A stretch of 64,000 nt of DNA from Octopus vulgaris (Eukaryota). A program made the translations under genes and the position numbers. Positions 42,474-55,779 of this stretch are shown here, one piece after another. The DNA is taken from positions 7,812,001-7,876,000 of the forward strand of contig OX597832.1 in NCBI GenBank assembly GCA_951406725.2. The letters run 5' to 3'. The notes under the pieces were generated by a model. The model was given only the letters and a program-made list of their open reading frames with translations, was not told where the DNA came from and ran no database searches. Numbering within the stretch: position 1 is the stretch's first letter; every line of letters starts with the position of its first letter.

Positions 42474-43090
42474 ATATACAATGAGATATTATGATAGTAA
42501 ATTAATATATCATGATATATTATATACGATATAATAAAGGTGGCTATAGCAATTAAAACACAAAAGGTAGAATTCATAAATAAGGGTGCAGGGTAGAACC
42601 TGCAATTGCTAGAAATAAGAGCTAAAACTATAACTGGAATAGTCACATAAAATAACCAACCTTTTTGGTTTTAGTTGCTATAGTGACCTATATTATAATA
42701 TATTTAATATATCGTAATATATTAATTTACCATTATAATATCTAATTGTATTAAATACACTTTAACCGTTTTGAGTTTTAGTGCTCGCTGTTCAACAGTT
42801 TTTTTCTCTCATGAGCAAATGTGTAGCAAGCTATCTCTTCAGCCCTGAACAAGTTGTAGAAACACTCAGGGAGAAACAAGAGCGTGTTGGTTAAATTTTG
42901 AAATCACGTGATAGGGTTTTATCAAACTGCTTCATTCGATGGCTTTATCTCACCGAAGAAAGATGTCGTGGCTTTCCTTTCGCACTCCCTGCATATCTCA
43001 TGAGTTTAGTGATATTGTGTGGCTATTCGAGTTATGTCTTTAGCTCTCATTTCTAGCAGTTGCAGGTGCTATCTTGCACCCTTATGCATA
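42474..43090. repeat. Interleaved inverted repeats A-B-A'-spacer-B'
   Basis: ~42474-42569 is an inverted match to ~42660-42752, and ~42575-42653 is an inverted match to ~43012-43088. Confidence 0.75.
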
Positions 43091-43100
43091 TATATATATA

Positions 43101-43621
43101 TCTCTTTATATAAACGGCAGTTTGTCTGTCTGTGTGTCTGTGTGTCTGTCAGGTTGTACCCTCACCCTGACCACGGCTTTCAACCGATTCTGATGAAACT
43201 TGACACACACATAGCCCAATGTCATAATTCAAAACTAACGCAGCGAAAATTTTGAAAAGTTCCCCCAGTTCTGAAAAAATCGATAAATTCGACATGGGGT
43301 CGAGAATCTAGGCTTTTTATTTGCAACACATTTTCTGTTGTAGTTTTCGCAACTTGCAATCGATTTTCACCAAACTCATGGTGAAGCTTAATGTTACCCT
43401 AAGAAACTTAATTCTGATGTTAGTTTTCCATGCAATACCTTACCATCAGAAAAAATCGATAAAATCATGCCATTTTGGGAAATCGCGTTCAAATTCAAGA
43501 TGACATATTTTCGACAATATCTTTCACAAATTGGCAGGAATTTTTTTTCTAAATTCACAGCGAGCATCATGTCTGCTCCAGGGCTCTTACATACCCGGGC
43601 AATGCCGGGCTATGCTGCTAG
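43101..43621 (+). mobile_element. Non-autonomous Helitron
   Basis: A|TC start; 3' hairpin cccgg-gcaatg-ccggg followed by CTAG|T. Confidence 0.85.
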
Positions 43622-45357
43622 TATATATATATATATAGGTGATAAATAAATATATATATATATATATATAAATATATATGATCAATTCAAGGATATCTTA
43701 TCCTCATTAAGGTTTAATAAATCCCTAATTTCAATAGGTTAATCTCCATCACATTAGGAGAAAATTTCCACGATGCGTTATGGATTATTATAATGGGTAA
43801 TATGCAAATAGATTTTTAAAAACACAATAGAAGACTTTATTGTCTAAAGTCTTCTTAGTGTTTTTTAAAAATCTATTTGTATTTTACCTATTATAATAAT
43901 CCATAACGCATCGTGGAAATTTTCTTTTAATGTGATGGGGATTAAGCCATTGAAATATGGGATTTATTAATCCCTAATGAGGATAATATATATTTGAATT
44001 GACCACATATATAAATAGATAGATAAGCACGTATCTATGTATGTATTAAAATGCAGTTCATTCAATTGATTACAATGTAGTATCATTATTCATGTTATTA
44101 ACTTTGAATAGATGTCATGCAGACTCTGTGTGTGTTCTAGCAGAATATATAGATGTGCTGAGTTTGTGGCCCAGAATCTCCAGTTCGGTTGATGAGTAAA
44201 GTGGTTTAAATGGACATTAGTACTTCACCGGTAGGTTGTTTTATCCACCCCGTGTACTTGAAAAAGGAAGTTAACTACAGTGAGAATCGAACTGATAACG
44301 TAAAGTAACCTTGCTAACCATAGGTATGTATCGGGTCGAGAATCTAGGCTTTATTTGCAATTTTCTGTTGTAGTTTTCGCAACTTGCAATCGATTTTCAC
44401 CAAACTCATGGTGAAGCTTAATGTTACCCTAAGAAACTTAATTCTGATGTTAGTTTTCCATGCAATACCTTACCATCAGAAAAAAATCGATAAAATCATG
44501 CCATTTTGGGAAATCGCGTTCAAATTCAAGATGACATATTTTCGACAATATCTTTCACAAATTGGCAGGAATTTTTTTTCTAAATTCACAGCGAGCATCA
44601 TGTCTGCTCCAGGGCTCTTACATACCCGGGCAATGCCGGGCTATGCTGCTAGTATATATATATATATAGGTGATAAATAAATATATATATATATATATAT
44701 AAATATATATGATCAATTCAAGGATATCTTATCCTCATTAAGGTTTAATAAATCCCTAATTTCAATAGGTTAATCTCCATCACATTAGGAGAAAATTTCC
44801 ACGATGCGTTATGGATTATTATAATGGGTAATATGCAAATAGATTTTTAAAAACACAATAGAAGACTTTATTGTCTAAAGTCTTCTTAGTGTTTTTTAAA
44901 AATCTATTTGTATTTTACCTATTATAATAATCCATAACGCATCGTGGAAATTTTCTTTTAATGTGATGGGGATTAAGCCATTGAAATATGGGATTTATTA
45001 ATCCCTAATGAGGATAATATATATTTGAATTGACCACATATATAAATAGATAGATAAGCACGTATCTAAGTATGTATTAAAATGCAGTTCATTCAATTGA
45101 TTACAATGTAGTATCATTATTCATGTTATTAACTTTGAATAGATGTCATGCAGACTCTGTGTGTTCTAGCAGAATATATAGATGTGCTGAGTTTGTGGCC
45201 CAGAATCTCCAGTTCGGTTGATGAGTAAAGTGGTTTAAATGGACATTAGTACTTCACCGGTACGTTGTTTTATCCACCCCGTGTACTTGAAAAAGGAAGT
45301 TAACTACAGTGAGAATCGAACTGATAACGTAAAGTAACCTTGCTAACCATAGGTATT
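43297..45357. repeat. ~1.03 kb near-identical tandem duplication (43297-44332 / 44333-45357)
   Basis: The copies differ only by a few small indels and substitutions. Confidence 0.95.
43674..44012. repeat. ~340 bp foldback palindrome (second copy ~44704-45042)
   Basis: Centre gaagacttta-ttgtc-taaagtcttc. Arms pair out to gatcaattcaa / ttgaattgacc. Confidence 0.9.
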
Positions 45358-46209
45358 TACGTATCGTACTTAATGTAAATATATTGTGATAGGCAAAAAT
45401 CTACTCTGCAGTATTCGTCCGGTGATGATATCCCTTATGAAAGAGCTGTCTTTAAAAACACTATACATACATACATACATACACACACAAAGGCGCAAAT
45501 GGTTAAGGGGAGAAGGTAAGGTATTAGAGGTCCGACAACTGTTTCTGGGGGCTTAGACTAACATCATAATGCAGGCAGAAGTAGTTCGCGAACAGCTAAG
45601 GATATGCAATCAATAGTGGAAGCATATAAACATTAGGTAAATCGAGCCTCCAACTGCAAGTGGAGAGATAGGTATCTAACATTTCAAATCATAATGCAGT
45701 AAAGTTTAAAGGTAGAATGGGTGAAGAGGAAGGCCAATAGAAGTAAGTGAAAATGGGAAGTATGTGACTACGAAGTGTGGAGAGTGTTGAAGCAAGAAAG
45801 AGCAAGAAGGATAGGACAGCCAGAACAGGAAGAAGTGTGGGTGAGTAATCAAGGTTTTGAGAGAAGTAGAAATGGAGAGTCGGGAGATGAGTTCCAGTAT
45901 TATGAAGAGTAGTCGTTGTTGGGTTTGGCAACATGTTGATAGCCATGAATGTAGGGGCTAAAGAACTGAGAAAGGGAAATTGTAACGGTGAAGAAGGGGA
46001 TGGGCCAGTATTAAATTGGAGAGAGTGGATTAGTGATAGGCATCATTAGGATTGTGAAAAGAGGGTTCGAAGAATGAAGTGGGGGTTGGTGACAGAGGGA
46101 ATATCCTGAAGAAGGTATGGGAGTAAATAGAAAGTGGTGGACAGAGAAGGAGACAAGGAGGGATAGATTGGTAATAAAGGCAAGCGGTAGTTAGTGGTAA
46201 GTGGTACTC

Positions 46210-46610
46210 AGAATTGTTAGCACGCCGGGTGAAATGCTATGCGGTATTTCGTCTGCTGCTACGTTCTGAGTTCAAATTTCGTCGAGGTCGATTTTGCCTT
46301 TTATCCTTTCGGGGTCGATAAATTAAGTACCAGTTACGCACTGGGGTCGATGTAATCGACTTAATACCTATGTCTGTCCTTGTTTGTCCCCTCTGTGTTT
46401 AGCCCCTTGTGGGTAATAAAGAAATAGGTATTTCGTCTGCTGCTACGTTCTGAGTTCAAATTTCGTCGAGGTCGATTTTGACTTTCATCCTTTCGGGGTC
46501 GATAAATTAAGTACCAGTTACGCACTGGGGTCGATGTAATCGACTTAATACCTATGTCTGTCCTTGTTTGTCCCCTCTCTGTTTAGCCCCTTGTGGGTAG
46601 TAAAGAAATA
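46210..46610 (+). mobile_element. SINE-B: partial head plus two tandem 184-bp body+tail units
   Basis: Units at 46243-46426 and 46427-46610. Confidence 0.95.
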
Positions 46611-47293
46611 GGTACAGGTTGAAGAAGAAGCTAGGGGGAGATGGGGAAGGAACTGGAAGTATGGAAAAGAAGTAAATGACGATGTGGTGGGTAAGAGAAA
46701 TGTACGAAGGGAATCGTAAGAGGGAAATACAAAATAAAAGGGATAGGTTGCTTATTGCGACTAAGTAGTAACTTAAGGTTGCATCGTAATTCGGTGATTA
46801 TATAGATGTTATATATTGGACAAGCGATGAGTAGAATATATATGTATGTGTGTGTGTATTTATGTATGTTTGTATATACTATTATAAACTAAGCGTTGTA
46901 GTACTGACATCTAAGAGGATATACTAAATGTCTCAGTAATTAATATATGTGTAATTATACGCTGAGTGTAACAATACCAACATACTTGATGCATCATCAA
47001 AAGTTTTGACACAAAATATTCAGAGACGCAGATAGTCCCGTGATAATAGGACTTGAACTGGAGACGCCACCATTTAATAATTTCAAATATTGAAATATTT
47101 GATAATTTGCTTCATAAATATTCAAGAGCTAGTCAGTCTAATTAGAAATAAGATATGACTAAAATCAAGTGGTATTTTAATTATATACAATTGCTAATCG
47201 AAATGTAAATACTACTGTCAGTGTAAACATATACACGCTATGTTACGTGTCTGTGTATGAATGTGTGTGAATGTGTGTGTATATGTGTGTATT

Positions 47294-47360
<67 letters not shown>

Positions 47361-47364
47361 GTAG

Positions 47365-47430
<66 letters not shown>

Positions 47431-47691
47431 AAATACACACAGACACACACATAAGCACACACATATGTATGAATACACACAAAAAGACAAACACTCACGC
47501 GCGCACACACATATGTACGTAAACTTATATACACAAGCATACATTTAAGCAAAATGACAATTTGATACCAGCCTGAGTCTTTTCCTCACCACCTACATGT
47601 TAATGTATTACTGTAGTTTGCGATGATTACATAGCTTATAAGGACACACAGACATTGGTTGTTTCATTTTTGTTTAATTTCTAATCAATTA

Positions 47692-48259
47692 TTGGGTTGT
47701 CCGGAAAGTTCGTGCCGATTTATAGTAGCTTACCTTTCCAATTATTTTAGAATATTTTTTTGAGTCCATAAAATAGGATTTGACTACACCTCCATTTAGA
47801 GCACAGTTTAAGCTATATTTTCGTGGAAGAAGATTTATGTTCCTATAACCTGTGTTAATTCTGTAACCCTTTAAAATGGAAGATAAGAAAGTTCATTTTC
47901 GGCACTTGATACTTTGGGAACCAGACAAAAACTGCTGAATCTCAGCTGGGATGTGTTACCCCACTCTCCATATTCACCAGATATTGTTCCTTCGGATTTC
48001 CACTTATTCATGTCTCTGCAGAATAGTCTTAATGGTAAAAACTGCGATTCCGTGGATGACGTAAAAAGATACCTTGATGAATTCTTTGCCATGAAACCAC
48101 CTCAATTCTGGGAAGAGGGTATTTTCAAGTTAAAGGAAAGATAGAGATGCATTATGCAACAAAATGGTTCATATTTGGTTGATTAAAAATGTAATGGCAA
48201 GTATTTCTCGACCTTTTTCTTTCCTTTAAAAATCGGCACAAACTTTTTGGACAGCCCAA
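47692..48259 (+). mobile_element. Internally deleted mariner element, both TIRs and TA target duplication
   Basis: TIRs ttgggttgtccggaaagttcgtgccgattt / aaatcggcacaaactttttggacagcccaa. MEDKKVHFRHLILW is fused to WDVLPHSPYSPDIVPSDFHLF. Confidence 0.95.
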
Positions 48260-48828
48260 TATATGGCTAGAGAATTGATCAATTGGTTTATCGTTCAGTT
48301 TGTTGAAATTCTAAATTAACAGTTTATGACCTTATCAGTGACAACGTGTCCCAAAAGCACCTCTTTTGCCTCACCGCTTATGGCACCTTCACTGTTCGTC
48401 TCACAGGTCTTGTCGTAAGATTGTTCTTCTATGTTCATTTTTTTTTTAGTGAATGCACGTGGCTTAGTGATTATGGCGTGGGGTTCACAATCATAGTGAG
48501 TTCAATTCTTGAATCGGGCTGTGTGTCGTGTTCAATAATACAAAAGAAGTAAAACAGAACCATGCTTGAGTTTATTCTTGGTGTAATGATTTCATCGAGA
48601 TACAACTACATACACACCTATGTATATATACTCACACAAACATATATCGTTGCTATTATGTTAAACTGTCGTATGTCGAAATTTGGCCAAATGCATTTGT
48701 TTCAATAAATATACTTTTGCTTGCAATAGCCGGTTCTTATGGTCAAACTGTCGTATCTCGAGCTCCTTCAGATGCCACGATATCAAAAATTGTCAAAGTG
48801 TAGTACAACGGATTTGCTATGGATTTTG

Positions 48829-49297
48829 TACTCTTTTACTCTTTTACTTGTTTCAGTCATTTGACTGTGGCCATACTAGAGCACCGCATTTAGTCGAGCA
48901 AAGCGACCCCAGGATATATTTTTTGTATGTCTAGTACTTATTCTATCGGTCTCTTTTGCCGAACCACTAAGTTACGGGGATGTAAACACACCAACATCGT
49001 TTGTCAAGCGAACAAACACAGACACACAAACATATACACACATGTACTCCCTCACACACACATACATTTAACGGCGGTGCATTAGCATGCCCGCAGATCT
49101 GAGCTGAAAATACAGAAGAAAAATATACATATATAGACGGGCTTCTTTCAGTTTCTGTCAACCAAATCAACTCACAAGGCTTTGGTAGGCCCAAGGCTAT
49201 AGTAGAAGACGCTTGCCCAAGGTGCCACGCTGTGGGACTGAATCCGGAACCATGTGGTTTGTAAGCAAACTACTTACCACACAGCCACTCTTACACC
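48829..49297 (-). mobile_element. SINE-A copy
   Basis: Reverse complement of the 54738 copy, with an internal insertion. Confidence 0.85.
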
Positions 49298-49959
49298 TAT
49301 GATGAAACTATCTTTTTCTTTTTCTGCAAAAGCAACGTTTTGGACTTAGACACTTTTGCATAATAGCAACGGTATGTATCATAAAATGAATTATGAACAC
49401 GCAGTCGCTAGGCTCAAAATCCTTTATGACATATCTACACAGGAAGGGGAATAATGATATGTAAATAAAGTGGGAAAGCAAGAATGTCCGGGGGTGGAGT
49501 GAGGGTGAAAGTTCATAAGAGATTCGTCATAGACAGGTATAAGTCCTGAAAAATCATACAATAGAAGCGAATTCAGGAAGTCCGTCATCATCATTCGACA
49601 TGTAGGTTACTAAAATCCATAGGATCCCTTGTAAAAGACCTTGCGAGTGGTAATGCAGGGGTACGTCTCTCAGGAACTACCCACACTTGTCGATGGATTC
49701 AGTTGTTGCTGTCGTTAATGTTACTGTTTAACTTTGATTGAACAGACTCATATGTTAGGGCTTTCTAACTTTTATCTTTTTACTTTTACTTATTTCAGTC
49801 GTTCGACTGTAGTCATGCTGTAGCACTGCTTTGACGAAGTTCAGTTGAACGAGTCGACCCAAGAACTTATGTTTTTCTACTGGTCTCTTGCCGAGACGTT
49901 CAGTTACGGGGGACATAAACACAGCAACACTGGTTGTCGGAAGGTGGTAGTGACAAGCA

Positions 49960-50012
<53 letters not shown>

Positions 50013-50299
50013 CCACCTGTGACCAACCACCCCCTAGTTTCTATATTAACAACATCAACATATATATTTCTACCCACAAATTACCTCATCAAAGCAAAAA
50101 GTTTTGCACTAAAATATACATATTTTATCTTAAAGCATCTGTAAATATTTATCTTTACACTAATTCCTCACTATTGCTGCATAAGTTTCTACACAACTGA
50201 ACGCTCCACGCAGAGAGTAAATCAATAATTAACAAATATATTTAAAAAACAAATGCACAAAAGACTCTAGGATGACTACTCAACAACAAAAATCTAAAC

Positions 50300-51900
50300 A
50301 AAAAATAGTCTGAGAATGAAATAGATCTTCTAATGAATTCATAGAACTGTCTTGCCGAAACAGAGAACATAGGCACATCATGCCGGAACCTAATAGTCAT
50401 GCGTACAGTTCAACTTTTAAGAAATCGTTCCGAGAAGCAGATTCAAAACAAACTTAAACAAATTGAAGTGGCATTTAAATTAATTAACGGACAATTTGGA
50501 AAAACTCCAGCATATTTTCCCTTCAAATACTGTTCAACAGCAACAATACAAACCACCACCACCACCACCACTACTACCACCACCACCACCACAACCAAAA
50601 CCACCACCACCAAAACCACCACCACCACCACCACCACCACCACCACCACCACCACCACCACCACCACCACCACCACCACCACCACCACCACCACCACCAC
50701 CACCACCACCACCACCACCACCACCACCACCACCACCACCACCACCACCACCACCACCACCACCACACAACAACAACAACAACAACAACAAAACCCGCAA
50801 CCACAAACATTTTCAGTTCTCCAAACAGAAGAATTCGTGGTCAAACTAAAGTGTTTGAACCGAGCCCCCCCCCCCAAAAAAAACAACAAAAAACAAATTT
50901 CGTTTATAGCCATAATAAATCTGGCAAAAGAGCTACAAAAGAGTATTCTATCCATCACACGATGCCAATCTCCACCACCAGCACCACTCTATTGCACAAA
51001 CTCCCATTGCTGCCATTAACAAGCAAACAGTCAAAATCGCCTCAACATTTCTGCGCAATTCACAAGGCATCAGCCCTTCTACCAATGCCCAAAAATGGAA
51101 GATCCAATTTATTGAGTGAATTACCATCCACACCATATCCCTTTCTTCGTTCTCACTGACGTCATCTCAGTAACCTCCACTTGGAAGCTGGAGTAAGAGT
51201 GAAGAATTTTACAAGTTATCCGTACAGATCGTGTTGGCAGAAGGAAAGGAGGGACATCCATTTTCGTGCACGATTCTTTTCCCGCTGAAGCAACGGACAT
51301 ATTTACCAATGGCTACTGTGAAGTAGCTTCTGTGTACACTAAAACCAAAAATTTAATAGCAGTTGGGCTCGATAGGCCACACGTAACTCCTCTACTACGC
51401 TTCAAGGAATGTCTCAACATTATTAAGTGTTTCATCCATCTGTGTCATGATGACAACATAATGATGGGTGACTTCAAACTTCCTAGTGTTGAATGGTCCA
51501 CAAAACGCTTGAAACCATTTTTTTTTCAACTTAAGCCTTAATAAGGAAGCAATCGAATTGCTTTTTGATTTCCTGGATGAGTTTTTCCTGACCCAACTTG
51601 TTCTCGAACCAACAAGATGTCACAAAAACACCTTGTACCTAGTGTTTCATAACCACACTGACACTATCCGCAATATTGCAGTGGAAAATCACCACTACTG
51701 TGATCTGAGATTCCACAATCCAAAGATCAATCCCAATGGCATCTCTCCAATCCATCCATTTGACATTATGGATCTTCATAATGCAGACTGCGGTGTGATT
51801 AATCATGATCTTTCAGAAGCTGATTGGGCCATCACGCATGCATCCTGCCTCACCAATATAAATACATCATGGCCCCTAGAATTTGTCCCATGATTATCCA
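50300..51900 (+). mobile_element. 5' part of a CR1/L2-like LINE (ORF1 remnant + APE endonuclease), interrupted by (ACC)n
   Basis: QVIRTDRVGRRKGGTSIFV; IMMGDFKLPSVEW; FLTQLVLEPTR..NTLYLVF are APE motifs. Confidence 0.75.
50552..50790. repeat. (ACC)n then (ACA)n microsatellite
   Basis: Direct inspection. Confidence 0.95.
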
Positions 51901-51993
51901 CAGTAAGTGCATGGAACGATATTTCTTCTATATTCTTAGCACATCAACCATATTACCCTTTATTTAGGTATCCTTCGACTGGAGCTTGGGGTA

Positions 51994-52672
51994 TTTAATT
52001 CGGACATTTTCTGTTTGGATATACCTGTGGAAATTTTAAAGTTTAGTGAAATTTTAAAATTTGGTATATTAATGCAATTTTTCACGCTGAATCACAGGAG
52101 ATAATTCACTTTTTCTAGAACAGCTAAAAAAAAAAAAGTTACAGAGGTTTAAATTTGATAATTTTTACCCTATTAGTTACAGGAAGCTGTAACTAACTTA
52201 AACATTTAATATTGCCGGATTTCTGCTTTATGCAGGCCATATAAGCCCTCATAAATTGTTTTATTTTTTTGAATTTTCAGAAAATTTTTGCGATTTCATA
52301 CGATTATGTATAAATCAAAAAAAAAAAGAGTATGCGTGATTTAAGGCCTGTTTGACTGATATTATTAGAACATTTCATGCCACATGTGTTTTAAGCATTT
52401 AACAAGCGATAAAAAGAGCACGTGATAAACGACTCGTTTACAGCTTGCCTTGTTGGTATGGAAACAGGCACCTATATATCTGTGGCTTTCGATTGACTAA
52501 ACTTACCCAAAATTTGCAAATTTTAAAATCTATTAACTCTTTATTTATTGATTTGTGATGAAAATGAATTTCATGCGAATGACTACTTTACAAAACTACA
52601 CCAGTACGCCAGATATTAAGTAATTTGGAAGAAATTCAAAAGTGGCTGCCAAACAGAAAAGATCTTTTAATT
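51994..52672. mobile_element. Probable old MITE with long imperfect TIRs
   Basis: ttttctgtttgg (~52007) versus ccaaacagaaaa (~52649), with further patchy inverted similarity. Confidence 0.4.
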
Positions 52673-53076
52673 CTTCATAAATTTCATTATTAAAGTATAT
52701 ATACAATATATCGCGACAAATATATTGAAAACGCTGTGATCTTTGAAGTAAGAAATTCATTTATTTCTTTAATCACCCTGTCTAGACGTTCTCTTTGTTT
52801 GCCAGCATTATAGCTTAGCGCGACACCGTTTTTAACTTACTCAGCGCAGGCATACCTATTTTTGGATTGACATTTCTGAAGTATTAATGCATATGTTATT
52901 TAAGTCTAGTTTATACAAGGTAATTGTATACACACGTTTACAAAGCATATCTTTGATTTAGCACACATATAAAATACAATCGTAGATTTGATGCAAGTTG
53001 ATATATATTATATGTAAGCATACATTTACACACACACACACATACTCTCTTTCTCTCCCCTATACACAGGCACACA

Positions 53077-53110
<34 letters not shown>

Positions 53111-53112
<2 letters not shown>

Positions 53113-53367
53113 TGCTGTGTTCTTGAGCAAGACACTTTATTTCACGTTGCTCCAGTTCACTCAGCTGTAGAAATGAGTTGCGACGTCACAGGTGCCAAGC
53201 TGTATCGACCTTTGTCTTTCCCTTGGATAACACTGGTGGCGTGGAGAGGGGAGGCCGGTATGCATGGGCGACTACTGGTCTTCCATAAAACAACCTTGCC
53301 CAGACTTGTGCCTCAGAGGGTAACTCTCTAGGTGCAAACCCATGGACACTCATGACCGAAGGGGGTC

Positions 53368-53371
<4 letters not shown>
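53111..53371 (+). mobile_element. 5'-truncated SINE-C-related element within (TA)n
   Basis: gttcttgagcaagacactttatttcacgttgctccagttcactcagctg body is shared with the 11247 element, but the tail differs. Confidence 0.65.
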
Positions 53372-53433
<62 letters not shown>

Positions 53434-53613
53434 TATATATTTATATGTATATCTACATAAATGTATGGACACTTAGACATAGTTGTACTCCGTCATGATC
53501 TTGGCTGTAACGAATATAAAAAAATAAAGAATTGTGTTGCCAAGACTTAAGCATATTCATGTATACACATATATAAATACATACATGCATATATAACTAT
53601 ATATATGCATCCG

Positions 53614-53662
<49 letters not shown>

Positions 53663-54107
53663 GTTAGTTAAAATATATTTGTGACATATTTCAACTGCTA
53701 AAAGGCAAATTCACTGCAGTTACCGCAGAGAAAATATCTTTCTTATGGTTAAAAAGGTGTGAAAGCACCCGGTTTGTTCAGTGTCGTCATCTATCACGAA
53801 TGCCAGATATCAATGTTTCGAGTTCCTTGGCTCATGTCAATGGGATTTACCTAAGAGAGGCAACTCTAAGCAAACGTATAAAGCAATAGTTTTATGTGAA
53901 ATTCAGTCAGCGTTGTTGACTGATTTGCTCTTAGATCACTCTATGAACCAGAACTATGCCAAGTTCTAAGAATATGAGATCATGAAGCAGATTCGAAGAA
54001 AGCAAAAGGTAGTAGAATAAATTACGACATATATGGTTGAGAAAATAGGTAGGTACAAGTATCTAAAGATTATATTTGAATTTTACTTACAATTATGGTA
54101 TGGACAA

Positions 54108-54495
54108 CTAGCAGTATCGCCCGACGTTGCTCGGGTTTGTAAGGGAAATAACTATATAAGCATTTTTAGAGAGTTATAGCAAAAAAATGCATTAAAAATG
54201 GGAAAAAAAGGATGTTAATTTTGTTTTAATCGTTGACTCATCGTAGACATTTTTAGAGAGTTACTTCCCTTATATAATAGCGAAAAAATGCATTAAAATG
54301 GAAAAAAATGATGGTAAATTTCTTTTTAAATCGTAGACTCATCGTAGACACGCGCTAATACCCAGAAGGGCTCGATATGAATCACGACTATAAGATACCC
54401 GGTTTTGGTTAAACTGCACCGCAAAATGTGGGAGTAGTTAGGAATCTAGATAGGAGGAGACAGACAGCACACAACCTCACTTTTATATATAAAGA
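54108..54495 (-). mobile_element. Non-autonomous Helitron, complete
   Basis: Minus strand: A|TCTTTATATATAAAA...cccga-gcaacg-tcggg hairpin...CTAG|T, with an internal ~110 bp tandem repeat. Confidence 0.85.
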
Positions 54496-54737
54496 TATCT
54501 ATCAACGTACACACACACAAACACACACAGACGTGTGTATATATTCAGACAGAGGTTAGAAAAGTTAGCTGGGACGATTTATGAAATATGCTTATGGCTA
54601 TACAATATTCATTCTTTTTTCGTATTCTATTTTGTTCGAGATGTATGTAGGCAGTGAGTGAAATATCTTCGAATCTGTTTCCGTACATTAAATATTGCTT
54701 TTACTATTTCTTAAATAAAATAATTTGTTCTGGATAT

Positions 54738-54901
54738 GGCGCAGGAGTGGCTGTGTGGTAAGTAGCTTGCTAACCAACCACATGGTTCCGGGTTCAGTCC
54801 CACTGCGTGGCATCTTGGACAAGTGTCTTCTGCTATAGCCCCAACCGACTAATGCCTTGTGAGTGGATTTGGTAGACGGAAACTGAAAGAAGCCCGTCGT
54901 A

Positions 54902-54954
<53 letters not shown>

Positions 54955-55172
54955 TTGTGTGTCTGTATTTGTCCCCATAGCATTGCTTGACAACAGATGC
55001 TGGTGTGTTTACATCCCCGTCACTTAGCGGTTCGGCAAAAGAGACCGATAGAATAAGTACTGGGCTTACAAAGAATAAGTCTCGGGGTCGATTTGCTCGA
55101 CTAAAGGCGGTGCTCCAGCATGGCCGCAGTCAAATGACTGAAACAAGTAAAAGAGTAAAGAGTAAAGAGAGT
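54738..55172 (+). mobile_element. SINE-A full-length reference copy
   Basis: A box tggctgtgtgg, B box ggttcagtccc, CORE-like cttggacaagtgtctt, internal (TA)n(TG)n, tail (AAGAGTA)n. Confidence 0.9.
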
Positions 55173-55199
55173 ATAGATTAAAGTTCCGATCAAAAATAC

Positions 55200-55779
55200 T
55201 TCTTATTTCTTTATCGCCCACAAGGGGCCAAACAAAGGGATTAAGTCGATTACATCGACTCCTGTGCGTAACTGGTACTTAATTTATCGACCCCGAAAGG
55301 ATCAAGGGCGAAGTTGACCTCGGCGGAATTTGAACTCGGAACGTAGCGGCAGACGAAATACCTATTTCTTTACTACCCACAAAGAGCTAGAAACCGAGGG
55401 GACAAACAAGGACAGACAAACGGATTAAGTCGATTGTATCGACCCCAGTGCAAAACTGGTACTTATTTAATCGACCCCGAATAGATGAAAGGCAAAGTCG
55501 ACCTCAGCGGAATTTGAACTCAGATCGTAGCAGCAGACGAAATATCTATTTATTTACTACCCACAAGGGGCTCAACACAGAAGGGACAAACAAGGACAGA
55601 CAAACGTATTAAGTCGATTATATCGAACCCAGTGCATAACTGGTACTTATTCAATCGACCCCGAAAGGATGAAAGTCGAAGTCGACCTCGGCGGAATTTG
55701 AACCTACAACGTAGCGGCATGCGAAATACTGCGAAGCATTTCGCCCAGCGTGCAAACGTTTCTGCCAGCTCGCCGCCTT
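55200..55779 (-). mobile_element. SINE-B: full head plus three tandem body+tail units
   Basis: Junctions at 55362/55363 and 55546/55547; the middle unit is 184 bp. Confidence 0.9.

Noticed and set aside
46243-46610. Regularly spaced repeats suggestive of CRISPR
   Set aside because: These are whole-unit tandem SINE repeats with no unique spacers and no cas genes, in a eukaryotic context.
50399-51019. 206-aa poly-Thr/Pro/Gly/Trp ORFs resembling mucin or extensin
   Set aside because: The length is due to (ACC)n inside a decayed LINE.
54738-54810. tRNA-like A/B boxes
   Set aside because: These are SINE heads, present in many copies without a full cloverleaf.
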